Assembly (NCBI GenBank): GCA_016176465.1
Contig: JACOXD010000004.1
Location: 114,119 to 178,118 of the forward strand
DNA: 64,000 nt
Direction of reading: 5' to 3'
Source of the DNA: Candidatus Daviesbacteria bacterium
GTDB lineage: Bacteria; Patescibacteriota; Microgenomatia; Daviesbacterales; UBA10151
Of the stretch, positions 36,303-46,839 are shown piece by piece (position 1 is the first letter of the stretch; each line of letters begins with the position of its first letter). The notes beneath the pieces were generated by a model. The model was given only the letters and a program-made list of their open reading frames with translations, ran no database searches and had not been told where the DNA came from. The position numbers and the translations under genes were made by a program.

Positions 36303-38550
36303 AACTCAAAATACTGAGGAAAAATGGTACAAGTTTTGGGAAAATCAGGGACTTTTTAAAGCAGACCCTGATTCTTCCAAGCCTTCATATTCTATTTTAA
36401 TGCCTCCTCCTAATTTAACTGGTGAACCACACGCTGGGCACACAATCCAACATTTAATAATGGACGGCTTAGCCAGATTTAAAAGAATGCAAGGATTTGA
36501 TGTTTTATTTCAACCCGGTGTTGATCATGCAGGGATTCAATTTGAAGGAACTTTAAATAAGTTATTAGAAAAAGAAGGTTTAAGGAAGATAAGTTTGGGT
36601 AGAGAGAAATGGATGGAAAGAGCCTGGCAATTTAAAGGTGAGATTTATAAGTCTTTCCATAAAACCTGGAGAGCTATGGGGATTTCAGCTGACTGGAAAA
36701 GAGAAGTTTTTACTCTAGATCCTAAAATGCAGCGAGCTGTTTTAGAGGAATTTAAAACTTTTTGGGAACAAGATCTTTTATACAAAGGAGCATATATTGT
36801 CCAGTGGTGCCCTAAAGATGCTACTGCTATTGAGGATTTGGAAATGGAGTATGAGGAAAGGACTGAAAAGCTCTACTATGTTAAATATAAAGTAGCAGGA
36901 GACCCTAGATATCCTAACGAAGAATACATTGTGGTAGCTACTGCTCGTCCAGAAACAATTTACGCCGATGTCGCTATTGCTGTTCATCCTGAATCTAGAT
37001 ACAAAGATTATGCAGGAAGAGATGCTTATAAACCTCTCGCTCCTAGTGAAAAACTCGTAGATAGAGAGATTAAAATAATTACAGATGATAGGGTTAATAA
37101 AGAATTTGGAACAGGTGCTTTAAAAATAACTCCTGGCCATGATCCTCTAGATTATAAGATAGGCAAAGACCACAACTTATCTATCTTACATGCTGTTGAT
37201 AAAGCAGGAGGGATGACAGATTTGGCAGGCGATCTTAAAGGATTATCTGTTTCAGAAGCTCGAGAAAAAACAGCTGAGATGTTAGACAAACAAGGATCTA
37301 TTGACCACATTGAGGAATACACTCATTCAGTGCCAGTTTGTGAAAGGTGTAAATCTACTATTGAACCCTTAGTTTCCGAGGAATGGTTTGTAAAAATGAA
37401 GCCTCTTGCCCAAAAAGCCCTAAAATCCCTAAAGGATATCAACTTTTTTCCAAAGAATTTTGAAAAAGTAATTGCTGATTGGTTAGAAGAAATTCATGAC
37501 TGGTCAATTTCTAGGTCTTTGTGGTGGGGACACAGAATCCCTGTTTGGTATTGTCAAAAGTGTAATTCAAACCACGAAGTAGGAAAAGATAAAGATATGG
37601 TTATATCCTTGACTCACCCAGAGCAAAATTGCCAAACTTGTAAGCTAAATCAATGGGTCCAGGATGATCAGATTTTAGATACCTGGTTTTCATCAGGTCT
37701 TTGGCCCATGGCAACCTTAGGCTGGCCCTCCTCCGCTGAAGCTTCGGAGGGTAAACCAGACGAGTGGTTAAACATGAAGAAATATTACCCATATGATTTT
37801 GAAATATCTGCTCCAGAAATTAAATTTTTATGGATTGCTAGAATGATTATGCTGGGGGTTTGGTTTGCTCAGGATATTCCTTTTAAAAATATGTTTTTTA
37901 CAGGGACACTGCGAGACCTTCAAGGAAGAAAGTTTTCTAAGTCTTTAGGAAATGGGGTTTTTCCTTTGCCTTTAATTGATACTTGGGGAGTGGATGCTTA
38001 TAGAATGGCTATTTTTGGCTTTGCAGCTCCTGCAAGAGATGGAAGGGCAAGCAGACAAACTTTGGATGAAAGGTGTAAGAACTTTAGAAATTTTGTAACA
38101 AAGCTTAAAAACATTGCTAAGTTTATAGTTGATTTAAAACCAAAAGGAACGCAGTCATTAGATCCTTCCTCCTTAAAGGGACCCGCACTTCAGGATGACC
38201 AAACAGAGAATGTCATTCTGAGCGCCAGAGAAGAATCCAATCCAGAAGATATTGAAATTCTTGAGAAACTTAATAAAACAATTAAAAATGTAACAAAAGA
38301 ACTAAATAAGTTTAACTTTCATTTAGCCTCTGATTTTATTTATGAATTTATTTGGCATGAATTTGCAGATAAATATATTGAATCATCTAAAAATAGAAGA
38401 AAAGATGCTCAACCAGTTTTAGAATATATCTTTAAAACTTCTTTAGAGCTTCTTCATCCTTTCATGCCCTTTATTACGGAGGAAATTTGGCAAAGGCTCC
38501 CACATGCGGAAAAATCCATAATGATCGCCAAGTGGCATGAAGTTAAATAA
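36295..38550 (+). CDS. valS: Valyl-tRNA synthetase, short form (751 aa, no C-terminal coiled coil), carrying a hairpin-element insertion at 38161-38247
   Basis: The HIGH motif PPPNLTGEPHAGH, an editing domain, KMSKS KFSKSLGN, and an anticodon-binding domain. The segment SLDPSSLKGPALQDDQTENVILSAREESNPEDIE is encoded by the GC-rich bipartite element. Confidence 0.8.
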   Translation: MDKTQNTEEKWYKFWENQGLFKADPDSSKPSYSILMPPPNLTGEPHAGHTIQHLIMDGLARFKRMQGFDVLFQPGVDHAGIQFEGTLNKLLEKEGLRKISLGREKWMERAWQFKGEIYKSFHKTWRAMGISADWKREVFTLDPKMQRAVLEEFKTFWEQDLLYKGAYIVQWCPKDATAIEDLEMEYEERTEKLYYVKYKVAGDPRYPNEEYIVVATARPETIYADVAIAVHPESRYKDYAGRDAYKPLAPSEKLVDREIKIITDDRVNKEFGTGALKITPGHDPLDYKIGKDHNLSILHAVDKAGGMTDLAGDLKGLSVSEAREKTAEMLDKQGSIDHIEEYTHSVPVCERCKSTIEPLVSEEWFVKMKPLAQKALKSLKDINFFPKNFEKVIADWLEEIHDWSISRSLWWGHRIPVWYCQKCNSNHEVGKDKDMVISLTHPEQNCQTCKLNQWVQDDQILDTWFSSGLWPMATLGWPSSAEASEGKPDEWLNMKKYYPYDFEISAPEIKFLWIARMIMLGVWFAQDIPFKNMFFTGTLRDLQGRKFSKSLGNGVFPLPLIDTWGVDAYRMAIFGFAAPARDGRASRQTLDERCKNFRNFVTKLKNIAKFIVDLKPKGTQSLDPSSLKGPALQDDQTENVILSAREESNPEDIEILEKLNKTIKNVTKELNKFNFHLASDFIYEFIWHEFADKYIESSKNRRKDAQPVLEYIFKTSLELLHPFMPFITEEIWQRLPHAEKSIMIAKWHEVK
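38161..38247. repeat. Bipartite GC-rich hairpin element (Y+X modules) inserted in frame in valS
   Basis: GATCCTTCCTCCTTAAAGGGACCCGCACTTCAGGATGACCAAACA plus GAGAATGTCATTCTGAGCGCCAGAGAAGAATCC. These are homologous to 25603-25687 and inverted relative to 60745-60818. Confidence 0.6.
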
Positions 38551-39067
38551 TCTCCTTTTTATATTTAATCCTTTGCTTAAAAAGGTTTTCTCTAAACCCC
38601 CCTTCATTAATAAATTTTTTCTTTAAAGCTTCTATTTGTCTTGAGAGTAAAAAAGTTTCCATTTGGCAAAAAGTCAAAAGCATATTAGCTGCCTCTTCGG
38701 GATTATGAGGAAGATTTGGGGTGTTAGGAATATTAGGCTTAACCCAAACAGCCCTAAACTCCCTAAAAACTCTAATCCTAGGATCGCTCTTATCCCAAAT
38801 CCTTAAGTTCCTCTGTCTTAGGAAATCCTCAAAATCGGCTGTTAATTCTTTAAAAGATCCATGGGCAACACCACAAAGCTTTATATAACTTTCCAGGCTT
38901 TGCATAGTATATCCTTCAACTATGTTTTGCTTTCCAGACCTAGCTGCCTGCTCCATCTGATCAACAGTTCTGGACTTAGGGTTTATCCAGCGCGTTACAA
39001 ACTGAACAGTTAGATCATGAATAACAGTAGCTAGAATATATGTAGAGAGATTTTTGTACCCTTCCAC
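38543..39067 (-). CDS. Four-helix-bundle protein (TIGR02436-like, the family often found in 23S rRNA intervening sequences)
   Basis: MEQAARSGKQNIVEGYTMQSLESYIKLCGVAHGSFKEL matches the Q..RA..SI..NIAEG........F...A.GS..E core. Confidence 0.45.
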   Translation of the reverse strand: MEGYKNLSTYILATVIHDLTVQFVTRWINPKSRTVDQMEQAARSGKQNIVEGYTMQSLESYIKLCGVAHGSFKELTADFEDFLRQRNLRIWDKSDPRIRVFREFRAVWVKPNIPNTPNLPHNPEEAANMLLTFCQMETFLLSRQIEALKKKFINEGGFRENLFKQRIKYKKEII

Positions 39068-39135
39068 TATTTGATTTTAGCAAAAATTACAAAGCCCAGT
39101 TAGATTTAAACCTATCAGATATTATTTGTAGTGAT

Positions 39136-39906
39136 TTATTTTTTTTCCTCATCAGCAGATTCTGCAGGGGTTTCTTCTTTAGCTTCTCCATCTTCTTCGA
39201 CTGCCTCTTCACCCGCTGCCTTCTCTCCCTCTGCTACCTCCTCACCTTCCACTGGGGCCTCAGCACCCTCCTCAGCTGCTTGCTCTGCAGCTACAGCAGC
39301 TGCTTCAGCTGCTTGCTCTTCTAATAACTTCTTCATCTCCTCAGTTATTGCAGGAGCTAACTTAACCACTACCTCTTCTGGTTCAAGATGAATAGTTAAT
39401 TTAGATTTATCATAGTTTAACTCTCCTACAGTTATAGCATCATCAATATTTTTAAGCGGGGTTATATCAACCTCAATATTTTCTACTAAATCAGTAGGCA
39501 ATGCTTCAACCTCAACCTCACTTAAGGTTTGCAAAATTACTGCCTCCCCCATTTTTACTGCCTCTATCTCTTCTCCAGTAATAATTATTGGTACTGGAAC
39601 TTTTACTTTTTCTGATAAATTTACTTGATAAAAATCAATATGTAAAAGGTTACCTGTTAGAGGATGAACCTGAACATCCCTAATTAAAACCGGTCTAATT
39701 TTTTTTGCACCAATTTTTAAATCAATTAATCCTGTTTCTCCTGCTTGGTGAAGCACAGGTAAAAAATCTTTTAGAAAAACAGAAACATGTTCTGTTTCCT
39801 CATTTTTGCCAAATACATGAGCGGGAATTAAACCCATCATGCGTAGCTTTTTAACTTTTTTACCCAAAACTTCCCGTTCTTTAGCGTTAAGTAAAGTTCG
39901 CTCCAT
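39136..39906 (-). CDS. rplY: Ribosomal protein L25 / general stress protein Ctc, with a long acidic Ala/Glu-rich C-terminal tail
   Basis: The N-terminal L25 domain (LNAKEREVLGKKVKKLRMMGLIPAHVFGK...), the Ctc-type C-domain, and a 60-aa AEEGAEAPVEGEE tail. Confidence 0.65.
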   Translation of the reverse strand: MERTLLNAKEREVLGKKVKKLRMMGLIPAHVFGKNEETEHVSVFLKDFLPVLHQAGETGLIDLKIGAKKIRPVLIRDVQVHPLTGNLLHIDFYQVNLSEKVKVPVPIIITGEEIEAVKMGEAVILQTLSEVEVEALPTDLVENIEVDITPLKNIDDAITVGELNYDKSKLTIHLEPEEVVVKLAPAITEEMKKLLEEQAAEAAAVAAEQAAEEGAEAPVEGEEVAEGEKAAGEEAVEEDGEAKEETPAESADEEKK

Positions 39907-39953
39907 TTTGGTAATTTACCATAATGTGAGCCTATATTCAAGGAGCTAAGGAG

Positions 39954-42902
39954 TTATTTAAGTGTAAATTTAATCTCAATGGTACGATCAAACTTTAAGT
40001 CAGTTTTAACACTAATCTCTTGAATTGGGAAAGAATCACTACCTCCAGATAGATTAGCCTGCATATTAATTGGATAAGTTAATATTGGATCGCCGCTTGT
40101 CCCTGGCTGTTTTAAAACATCTAATCTATACCTGTTTTCTTTACCTTTAAAGGCAAGCGGGTTTTGCAATGAATAATTAAGTGTTAAAATCTGCTGCTTT
40201 CTAGGTAAAACCTCAATTAGAGTAGAAAATCCAGTTCTACCATAATCAGAAAAGGGTAAAACTTTAGAGGTAATATCCAAACTTCCAAGTGTTGCTTTAT
40301 CAAGCTTAGTGCCAGATGGCAGATAAACTCTTAATCGGTTTTTATATTTTCCAGCAGGGAAAACATCTGATGGGCTATTGTTTTTATAATTTATTACTAG
40401 CGTATGAAATATTTGGCCTTCTTTGCCAATTAAGGAATTTAGCTTAAAACTTCTTTCTAAATAATAATTTGACTTATTAGCTCCCAAATTAGCATCTATT
40501 ACTGCTAAAAAGTCATCAGTTTGCCCATCAATAATATTGGGCTGTCTTGGTAATACTCCTGCCCAATTTTGGGAGGTTAAGTAAGAAAAAGCCTCTTGAT
40601 TTGTAAGATAAACAAGTAGGTGTTTTTCCTCTAAAGACTCCCCTACTGCTTTAACAATTGCCGGCCAGTTTTGATCATCAAGAAAAAATATTTTATTAAA
40701 CAGTTCGCTTGTAAGTGAGGTTAAAAAATTTTTCTTAGCCTGGGACCCTGGAAAAAAATTTACTTCAGCATGAGAAATTGCTTTTTCAAATAAGTTTTTA
40801 GAAGTTATGGTCTCTTTATAATCACTCAAGGCTAAACCTCCTACTGCTTCAACCAGCTTACTTGATGCCATCAGATCAAGTGCTATAACTCCTTGGAGCT
40901 GTTCCCCAGTTATTTTTTTATATAAAAACTCAGCTTGCCTAGCTGATGTGGGAAAATCAGGTTCAAAATTAGAATCCCTTAAAAATAATCTATTTTGGCC
41001 CAAATCGTTTTTTAAATCTATAGGAGGCTCAATTATTTCTTTTAACTCTCCATCCAAATTATAAATATCATCAACAGCGATTTTTTTAATCTTACCCTTT
41101 TCAAACTCCAATTTGGCAAAAGAACCAATAAACCCACCAGTTGGCCTAAGCTCAAAATTATTTTGCAGTAATATTAAATATTTTTTAGATCCATTAACTG
41201 CTGTCACCTCAGGCAGTAAATATGCTGCTGCTTTAGCTTTCTCTACTAATTCAAGATAAGAATCTAACTTTTTTGTTAAATCCTCAATTCTTACTTTAAG
41301 TTGTCCCGGAGAGGAATCTAAAAGATTTTTATCAGATAAACCTAATTTAACTTTAGCAATTTTTTCACCTGATGAGGTTAGTTCAAGCTGAGCTTTTTGA
41401 TACAAAGCTTGAGGATCTTCGTTTAATTCACCAGAAATTATTTTTGTAGTTTTAAATAACACCTCCATTCCAATTACAGCATGATTAACTCCTTCAATAC
41501 CCTCCTCTGTTAAACTAAAAAGTTCCTCTAAATAATTAAAAACTCCATCAAGTAATCCAATCCTTTTTAAAATTTGAAAGGAATTAATTACCTCCTTACT
41601 TTGCTTAATAGCTTGCATCGCTGCCTTTGTTTCTACTGAGGCTTTCTCAAATTGCCCTAAAGCTATAGCATCCTGAGCAATTTCCAAATGCTGCCTAATT
41701 GTAAAAGCCCCAACTGTTAAAGTTATCAAAGGATATAAAAGTCCAAAAAGAATAATTGCTAATCCTAAAAAAGCTAAAAACTTTCCCTTTGATGGCAATA
41801 TTACTTTTAACTTCTTTTTTTCCTTCCCTTCTTCACCAGAAAAAGGCAAGCCATGCTTCTTTTTAAACTCTTCATGACTTATTTTCAGCTCATTTAAGAG
41901 TTTTCTAACCTCGGATGATGGAGTTTGCATAGCTAAATTCTCACTGGAAGCTTCACCTTTTTTTGGGATTATATCTTCCCTATCAATAAATTCTTTACTG
42001 ATTTGGAAATATTTAAGAGTTTTTTTAAGGGCGTTAATCCATGAGGTTTTTGGTTTCCAGGAAAGCTCTTTAATGGTTTTAGATAAATTAGGAGTTGACC
42101 AGATAGGAAGCGAGGTAAATTTTAACCCATAATTTTCATACCAAATAGGATCATTTAAAACTTTTTTAATTTCTTCCAACTTAATTGGGTCTGGATTTAC
42201 TCCATCGTAAATTTTATTGGCGGTTCCGTTTAAAAATGCGGTTTTTAATATTAGATCAACGGCATCATCTATATATAAAGCCCGAGTGCTAAACTCATCC
42301 AAACTGCCCCCATCAGATAAATTATTAGTTAATGCTTGTCTAATTAAAGAAACTAGTGAATCGTCACTTTTAAGGTTCATTCGCTCTCCAAAAACGCTAC
42401 CTAATCTTATGATTCTTGCATTTAATCTATGCTCTTTAGCATACTTTGCTAAACTAATTTCTAAATGTTTTAGATCAGCGAATTTTCCCAAATTGCGTTT
42501 ATAAAGCTCAATTGAGGAAATTAAAACAAAACGAGGGGAAGTTTCATTATTTTTTTGATAGCGATAAAGAAGTTCAAGAGTATTTAAAAGCTCTGTTAAA
42601 TGAGGAATACCCTCATTGGCTACAAAAAATAAATAATCAATTCTAGCTAATTTAAGATGTATTGCCTCTGTCCCTAAATGATTAATAAAATGAAAATTTT
42701 TATCTTTATTAGCATTTTCCAAAAAAAATTTGTTAGAGCTGCTCAATTGGTCAATGGCAACAACTTGAATGTTTTTCTCAAGTAACCTCTCAGCTAAATG
42801 AGAACCTAAAAAAGAAGCAGCTTTCACGATTAAGGCTACTGGGCGGTTTCGCGAAAGGGATATATTGTAATCTGAGTTAATATTATTAAGTGAGTCTTGC
42901 AC
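39954..42902 (-). CDS. Large membrane protein (982 aa): an N-terminal NAD(P)-binding epimerase/dehydratase-like Rossmann domain, a TM helix, and a long extracytoplasmic domain (DUF4012-like)
   Basis: An N-terminal Rossmann region (VALIVKAASFLGSHLAERLLEKNIQVVAID), a hydrophobic segment (FLAFLGLAIILFGLLYPLITLTVGAF), and then a beta-rich domain of about 600 aa. Confidence 0.45.
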   Translation of the reverse strand: MQDSLNNINSDYNISLSRNRPVALIVKAASFLGSHLAERLLEKNIQVVAIDQLSSSNKFFLENANKDKNFHFINHLGTEAIHLKLARIDYLFFVANEGIPHLTELLNTLELLYRYQKNNETSPRFVLISSIELYKRNLGKFADLKHLEISLAKYAKEHRLNARIIRLGSVFGERMNLKSDDSLVSLIRQALTNNLSDGGSLDEFSTRALYIDDAVDLILKTAFLNGTANKIYDGVNPDPIKLEEIKKVLNDPIWYENYGLKFTSLPIWSTPNLSKTIKELSWKPKTSWINALKKTLKYFQISKEFIDREDIIPKKGEASSENLAMQTPSSEVRKLLNELKISHEEFKKKHGLPFSGEEGKEKKKLKVILPSKGKFLAFLGLAIILFGLLYPLITLTVGAFTIRQHLEIAQDAIALGQFEKASVETKAAMQAIKQSKEVINSFQILKRIGLLDGVFNYLEELFSLTEEGIEGVNHAVIGMEVLFKTTKIISGELNEDPQALYQKAQLELTSSGEKIAKVKLGLSDKNLLDSSPGQLKVRIEDLTKKLDSYLELVEKAKAAAYLLPEVTAVNGSKKYLILLQNNFELRPTGGFIGSFAKLEFEKGKIKKIAVDDIYNLDGELKEIIEPPIDLKNDLGQNRLFLRDSNFEPDFPTSARQAEFLYKKITGEQLQGVIALDLMASSKLVEAVGGLALSDYKETITSKNLFEKAISHAEVNFFPGSQAKKNFLTSLTSELFNKIFFLDDQNWPAIVKAVGESLEEKHLLVYLTNQEAFSYLTSQNWAGVLPRQPNIIDGQTDDFLAVIDANLGANKSNYYLERSFKLNSLIGKEGQIFHTLVINYKNNSPSDVFPAGKYKNRLRVYLPSGTKLDKATLGSLDITSKVLPFSDYGRTGFSTLIEVLPRKQQILTLNYSLQNPLAFKGKENRYRLDVLKQPGTSGDPILTYPINMQANLSGGSDSFPIQEISVKTDLKFDRTIEIKFTLK

Positions 42903-42992
42903 GTTTACATCCTAATCTAGTACATGCAAAGTAGCAAGAGAGATCAAAAGTATCGTAATATAGCTGCTGGAATAATTAGAAGTGAAAACCCC

Positions 42993-43454
42993 CTAAAGAC
43001 TTTGTTTAGCTATCAATATAAAAATTATAGAGGTTAAAAAAAACCCTACCAGGAGAAAAATTTTATCTGTATTTTTATACTCCATTAGTTGATCTTGCTT
43101 AAAGGTTGTTGCAGTGTATTTACTTTCTATAAACCCTTTAACTTTATCACTTAGAAAAAATATATTTTCTTTATTTTTTCCTCTTACTTCACTTTCTATA
43201 TGATTTGGACCATATTTAAAAATATAGATTCTTGTATCATTTAACTCTAAAGATGTGGAATTCTTAATATCTTCACGAAGCTTTTTAACTACTTCATCAA
43301 TTGAGGTTTGACTTGAGCTAAATCTTAGCTCAAAATATGAGTTAACCTTTATCTGCTTGGGTTCCATAATATAAAGATAAAAGGGCAAGCATAGGGCAAA
43401 AATTATTAGAATAAAAAGTACACTTATCTTTTTAACAGTTTTATGAATACTCAT
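42993..43454 (-). CDS. Hypothetical membrane-associated protein
   Basis: 153 aa with N-terminal and C-terminal hydrophobic helices. Confidence 0.3.
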   Translation of the reverse strand: MSIHKTVKKISVLFILIIFALCLPFYLYIMEPKQIKVNSYFELRFSSSQTSIDEVVKKLREDIKNSTSLELNDTRIYIFKYGPNHIESEVRGKNKENIFFLSDKVKGFIESKYTATTFKQDQLMEYKNTDKIFLLVGFFLTSIIFILIAKQSL

Positions 43455-43854
43455 CTAACGCCTTATTTGCCAGCCTATCGGCAATAAAATTTTCTCTTCT
43501 GGGCACATTTTTATAACTTATCACTCCCAAGTTCTCTTCCACCTCTTTAATTTTTGAGAAATACTCTTTGAGTTTTAAGTTTTTAATTTTATAGACTCCG
43601 GAGAGTTGTTTTGTAATTAACTGTGAATCAGAAATAATCTTCACTTCATGAGGAGCTTTTCTACTAAAATAAGTCTTTATATATTCCAGCGCCTTTAATA
43701 CTGCTACATATTCTGCAATATTATTGGTAGCAGTGCCAATTGTTTTTCCTTCCTGATGCAAAATTACACCCAAGTGGGTTTTAATTATAAAACCATAAGA
43801 GGAGGGACCTGGATTACCCCTGGATGCACCATCAGTGTTAACTATTAATTTCAT
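43441..43854 (-). CDS. rnhA: Ribonuclease HI
   Basis: MKLIVNTDGASRGNPGPSSYGFII (catalytic D), E in EYVAVLKALEY, and D in ISDSQLI, the RNase H DEDD motifs. Confidence 0.7.
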   Translation of the reverse strand: MKLIVNTDGASRGNPGPSSYGFIIKTHLGVILHQEGKTIGTATNNIAEYVAVLKALEYIKTYFSRKAPHEVKIISDSQLITKQLSGVYKIKNLKLKEYFSKIKEVEENLGVISYKNVPRRENFIADRLANKALDEYS

Positions 43855-45073
43855 CTTTGAATTTAAAGTAGAGGATAGTTAGAAGTAAAAATAAAATCAA
43901 GTACTCAGAAATACCGGTAATGGCTGATGCAGCAATGAAGGAATAGGAAGGAATGAAGACTAAATTAAGAAAAATATTGATAATTAAACCAAAAGCATAA
44001 ATTAAAGCTAACGATTTATACTCCTTTAAAGTCAAAAAAACCCACATTAAAAGCGAGGACAGAAAATAAGCCGGAAAGGATAAGGAAAGAATTTTTAAAC
44101 TTAGAGAAGCTGGCTGAAAACCACTATTAGCAATTATTTTAATAACTAAATCAGCTAAAGTAAAAATAACTAGGCTTGCTAAAATTGAAATTAAAAATAA
44201 AATTACTCCCGCTAGTTTAATCTCCTTAAAAAATTTTATTTTGTTAAAAGAGAAACTTTGGACCATTAGGGGATAGAAACCATTCATAATAAAGGTAGGT
44301 ATAACTAATATGTTTTGAAAAACTTGATAGGCAAGGTTGTAATTTCCGGAACTGGAAATCCCATGATAAAAAGAAAGAATAAACGTATCAATTCGAAAAT
44401 ATAGTGAATTTAAAACAAGAGTAAGCGAGATAGGCCAAGAAACTAAAAGCAAGCCTTTAATATATAAAAAAGAGGGCACTTCTAATTTAAAACGATAAAA
44501 CTTTTTTATTAAAATAAAGGAAGTAGTATTACTCATCAAATCACCCAAAACCAATCCCAAATTAAGTAGATACACGGGCAGTTTCATCAGTCCAAGGGCA
44601 ATAATTAAAGGTATTTGAACCAATGAATCAAGTGAAGAAGCAATTACAGAAAGGTTATATTTTAACCTGTATTGAAAAATTAAATTAAATGAATTATATA
44701 AAGCCATTCCTGTAATAGTTAAGGAACCAAATAAAACAGCTAGCTTAAAATCGTCACTTCCTAGAGGAAGTAAAAAAGCAACAACACTAGATCCCACTAC
44801 CAAAACTAAACTCCAAATCAATCTAAAGTTAAAAAGCTTATTAGCCTCATTGGGAGAACTCTTTAATCTTGGCAAGACAATAGCATTTAATCCTAAATCA
44901 GAGGCTAAATAAAAAAAGGAGAGAAATGTCAAAGCTAAAGTAAAAACCCCAGTTCCGTCTTCTCCATAAAAACGAGCAATAAATCCTAAAATAAATAAAG
45001 TGGCCAGGCTGTTTACTACTTTACCCAGTATTTGGTAACTTGTTTGCTGAAATACTTTTCTTAAAATTTCCAC
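43838..45073 (-). CDS. Polysaccharide biosynthesis flippase (Wzx / MOP superfamily)
   Basis: 411 aa with about 12 TM helices and an N-terminal pattern typical of Polysacc_synt proteins. Confidence 0.5.
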   Translation of the reverse strand: MEILRKVFQQTSYQILGKVVNSLATLFILGFIARFYGEDGTGVFTLALTFLSFFYLASDLGLNAIVLPRLKSSPNEANKLFNFRLIWSLVLVVGSSVVAFLLPLGSDDFKLAVLFGSLTITGMALYNSFNLIFQYRLKYNLSVIASSLDSLVQIPLIIALGLMKLPVYLLNLGLVLGDLMSNTTSFILIKKFYRFKLEVPSFLYIKGLLLVSWPISLTLVLNSLYFRIDTFILSFYHGISSSGNYNLAYQVFQNILVIPTFIMNGFYPLMVQSFSFNKIKFFKEIKLAGVILFLISILASLVIFTLADLVIKIIANSGFQPASLSLKILSLSFPAYFLSSLLMWVFLTLKEYKSLALIYAFGLIINIFLNLVFIPSYSFIAASAITGISEYLILFLLLTILYFKFKDEINS

Positions 45074-46334
45074 TTTTTAATTCTAGCATGCTAAAACCCC
45101 AGACTAAAAAGAACAATCTTTGACCTTGGGGAAGCGTTAAAAAATAATGGTCAAACATTCCCAAAATTAATATACTAAACCAAGTAAAAATTAAAACATT
45201 TTTTAAAAATACAGGCTTAATCTTTAAAAGTTTATAAAGAGGAAAAAATATTAAAATAGAAAATCCTAAAAAACCTACAATTCCAGTTTCTGCTAAGCTT
45301 AATAAGAAAATATTATGTACAGGTTGCAAAAAACGAGTTTGACCAGCTATTACCGAAGATGCCGACGTTGCATTAATAAAATTATTAAGTCCGATTCCAA
45401 ATATCGGGGAGTTAAAAAAATGAATTAGAGAAACTTCTGCTAATTGTTCTCTGCGGATTAATGAGATGTAATCAAAACTAAATGTAGAAAAAAACCTAGT
45501 AAATAAAAAGGGAGAGGCAAGGGCAAGTAGTATTAAAATCAAAAGTAATCTTTTTTTTCTGAAAAAGAGAATAATTTGTAAGAAAAAAATAGCTAGAGCG
45601 ATTCTTGAAAAAGTCAGTATGATAAGCAAAGCTCCAAGGACTTGAATAGAAAAATTTATTTTAGATTTAACCAATAAATTTATTATTGGCAAAGTAATTA
45701 CTAAAAAACCAGCAAAGACATTAGGATGAGGGAAAGTACCATATGGTCGCAAAAAAATCTGATCAAAGTAATTAAACTTTGCAATAGAGGGAGTTGATAG
45801 GTTAAATTCTCTCTCTCCTAATATCCAAAACCCTAAAGAGTGGGATAAAAAAAATTGCCCTAACCCTAAAAAACACTCAAGCAAAATGGAACTACTCAAA
45901 CCCAAGAAAAGATTTTTTTTAATATCTGATAGATTTTTACTTGCGATATAAATTCCTAAAAAGGATGCTAAAAATAGCTGCTCCAAACGAAATAAACTAG
46001 CTCCTAAATTACTGGTATTAAATAAAGATAAAACTTGCGTGAGAAGGAAAAAGAGAGTCAAAAGTAGCGCTTTAGAGTTAATTTTTGATTTATTTCTGGA
46101 AGAAACTATATTTAAAAGAAAACAAAATAGCAAACTTAAAATTAAAAGATCCCAAAAAAAGATTGTTGGGGATAGATAATCAATTTTTAAAGAATAAATA
46201 TAACTAAAATCAAACCAAAAGTGTCTGCCAAGCTGAGTGGGAAGAAAAAATATAATTAAAAAAAATAAATAGCTTTCTAATTTTGCAAAAAAATTAAGAT
46301 CCCTTGGAAGTAACTTTTTTAGAGGATTTTTCAT
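45021..46334 (-). CDS. O-antigen ligase-like (Wzy_C) polytopic membrane protein
   Basis: 437 aa with about 10-12 TM helices and a central loop containing the R...H-like Wzy_C pattern (RIALAIFF, FDHYFLTL). Confidence 0.45.
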   Translation of the reverse strand: MKNPLKKLLPRDLNFFAKLESYLFFLIIFFLPTQLGRHFWFDFSYIYSLKIDYLSPTIFFWDLLILSLLFCFLLNIVSSRNKSKINSKALLLTLFFLLTQVLSLFNTSNLGASLFRLEQLFLASFLGIYIASKNLSDIKKNLFLGLSSSILLECFLGLGQFFLSHSLGFWILGEREFNLSTPSIAKFNYFDQIFLRPYGTFPHPNVFAGFLVITLPIINLLVKSKINFSIQVLGALLIILTFSRIALAIFFLQIILFFRKKRLLLILILLALASPFLFTRFFSTFSFDYISLIRREQLAEVSLIHFFNSPIFGIGLNNFINATSASSVIAGQTRFLQPVHNIFLLSLAETGIVGFLGFSILIFFPLYKLLKIKPVFLKNVLIFTWFSILILGMFDHYFLTLPQGQRLFFLVWGFSMLELKSGNFKKSISANKLPNTG

Positions 46335-46839
46335 TTACTTTTTCCCCTGGGGCAGGCTTAATAATTATATGACGGTTAATCCCTTCACCTAAACTTTCTG
46401 ATTCTACACCTTCAGTGCCAGAAATTGTTAGATGAATTACTCTTCTTTCCCAAGCAGGCATTGGTTCAAGCTCCATTTGCTCACTTGTTTCTATCACTTT
46501 TTGCGCCCAAGCTCTAGCCTTATGAGCTAAATCTTCCTCTCTTGATTTTCTCCAATTAGAAACATCAATGACCACTTTTTTAAATTCTTCTCCTTCTTTG
46601 AGGGATTTTGCTAAAATTTGATTAACTATTAGCTGAAGGGCAGATAAAGTCTCTCCATGCCTGCCTATTAATTTACCAGCATCGATAATCTCAATAGAGG
46701 CAGCTATATAATCGGCGCTTTCTTCAACCTCAAATGAACCCTCAAGCGAGAGTAAACCTAATATATTTTCTAAAATCTCAGAAACTTTATTTTCGTAGAA
46801 AACCTTATTCTCCATGAGAACCTCCTTTTCCATTAACAC
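46294..46839 (-). CDS. jag: Jag/KhpB-like RNA-binding protein (KH + R3H domains)
   Basis: Conserved position immediately downstream of yidC. KH-like IAASIEIIDAGKLIGRHGETLSALQLI and R3H-like LEPMPAWERRVIH. Confidence 0.6.
   Translation of the reverse strand: MLMEKEVLMENKVFYENKVSEILENILGLLSLEGSFEVEESADYIAASIEIIDAGKLIGRHGETLSALQLIVNQILAKSLKEGEEFKKVVIDVSNWRKSREEDLAHKARAWAQKVIETSEQMELEPMPAWERRVIHLTISGTEGVESESLGEGINRHIIIKPAPGEKVNEKSSKKVTSKGS

Noticed and set aside
39131-39391. 86-aa plus-strand Ala/Ser-rich ORF
   Set aside because: It is the antisense of the acidic Ala/Glu tail of L25/Ctc.
42217-42504. 95-aa plus-strand ORF inside the 982-aa gene
   Set aside because: Antisense shadow ORF.
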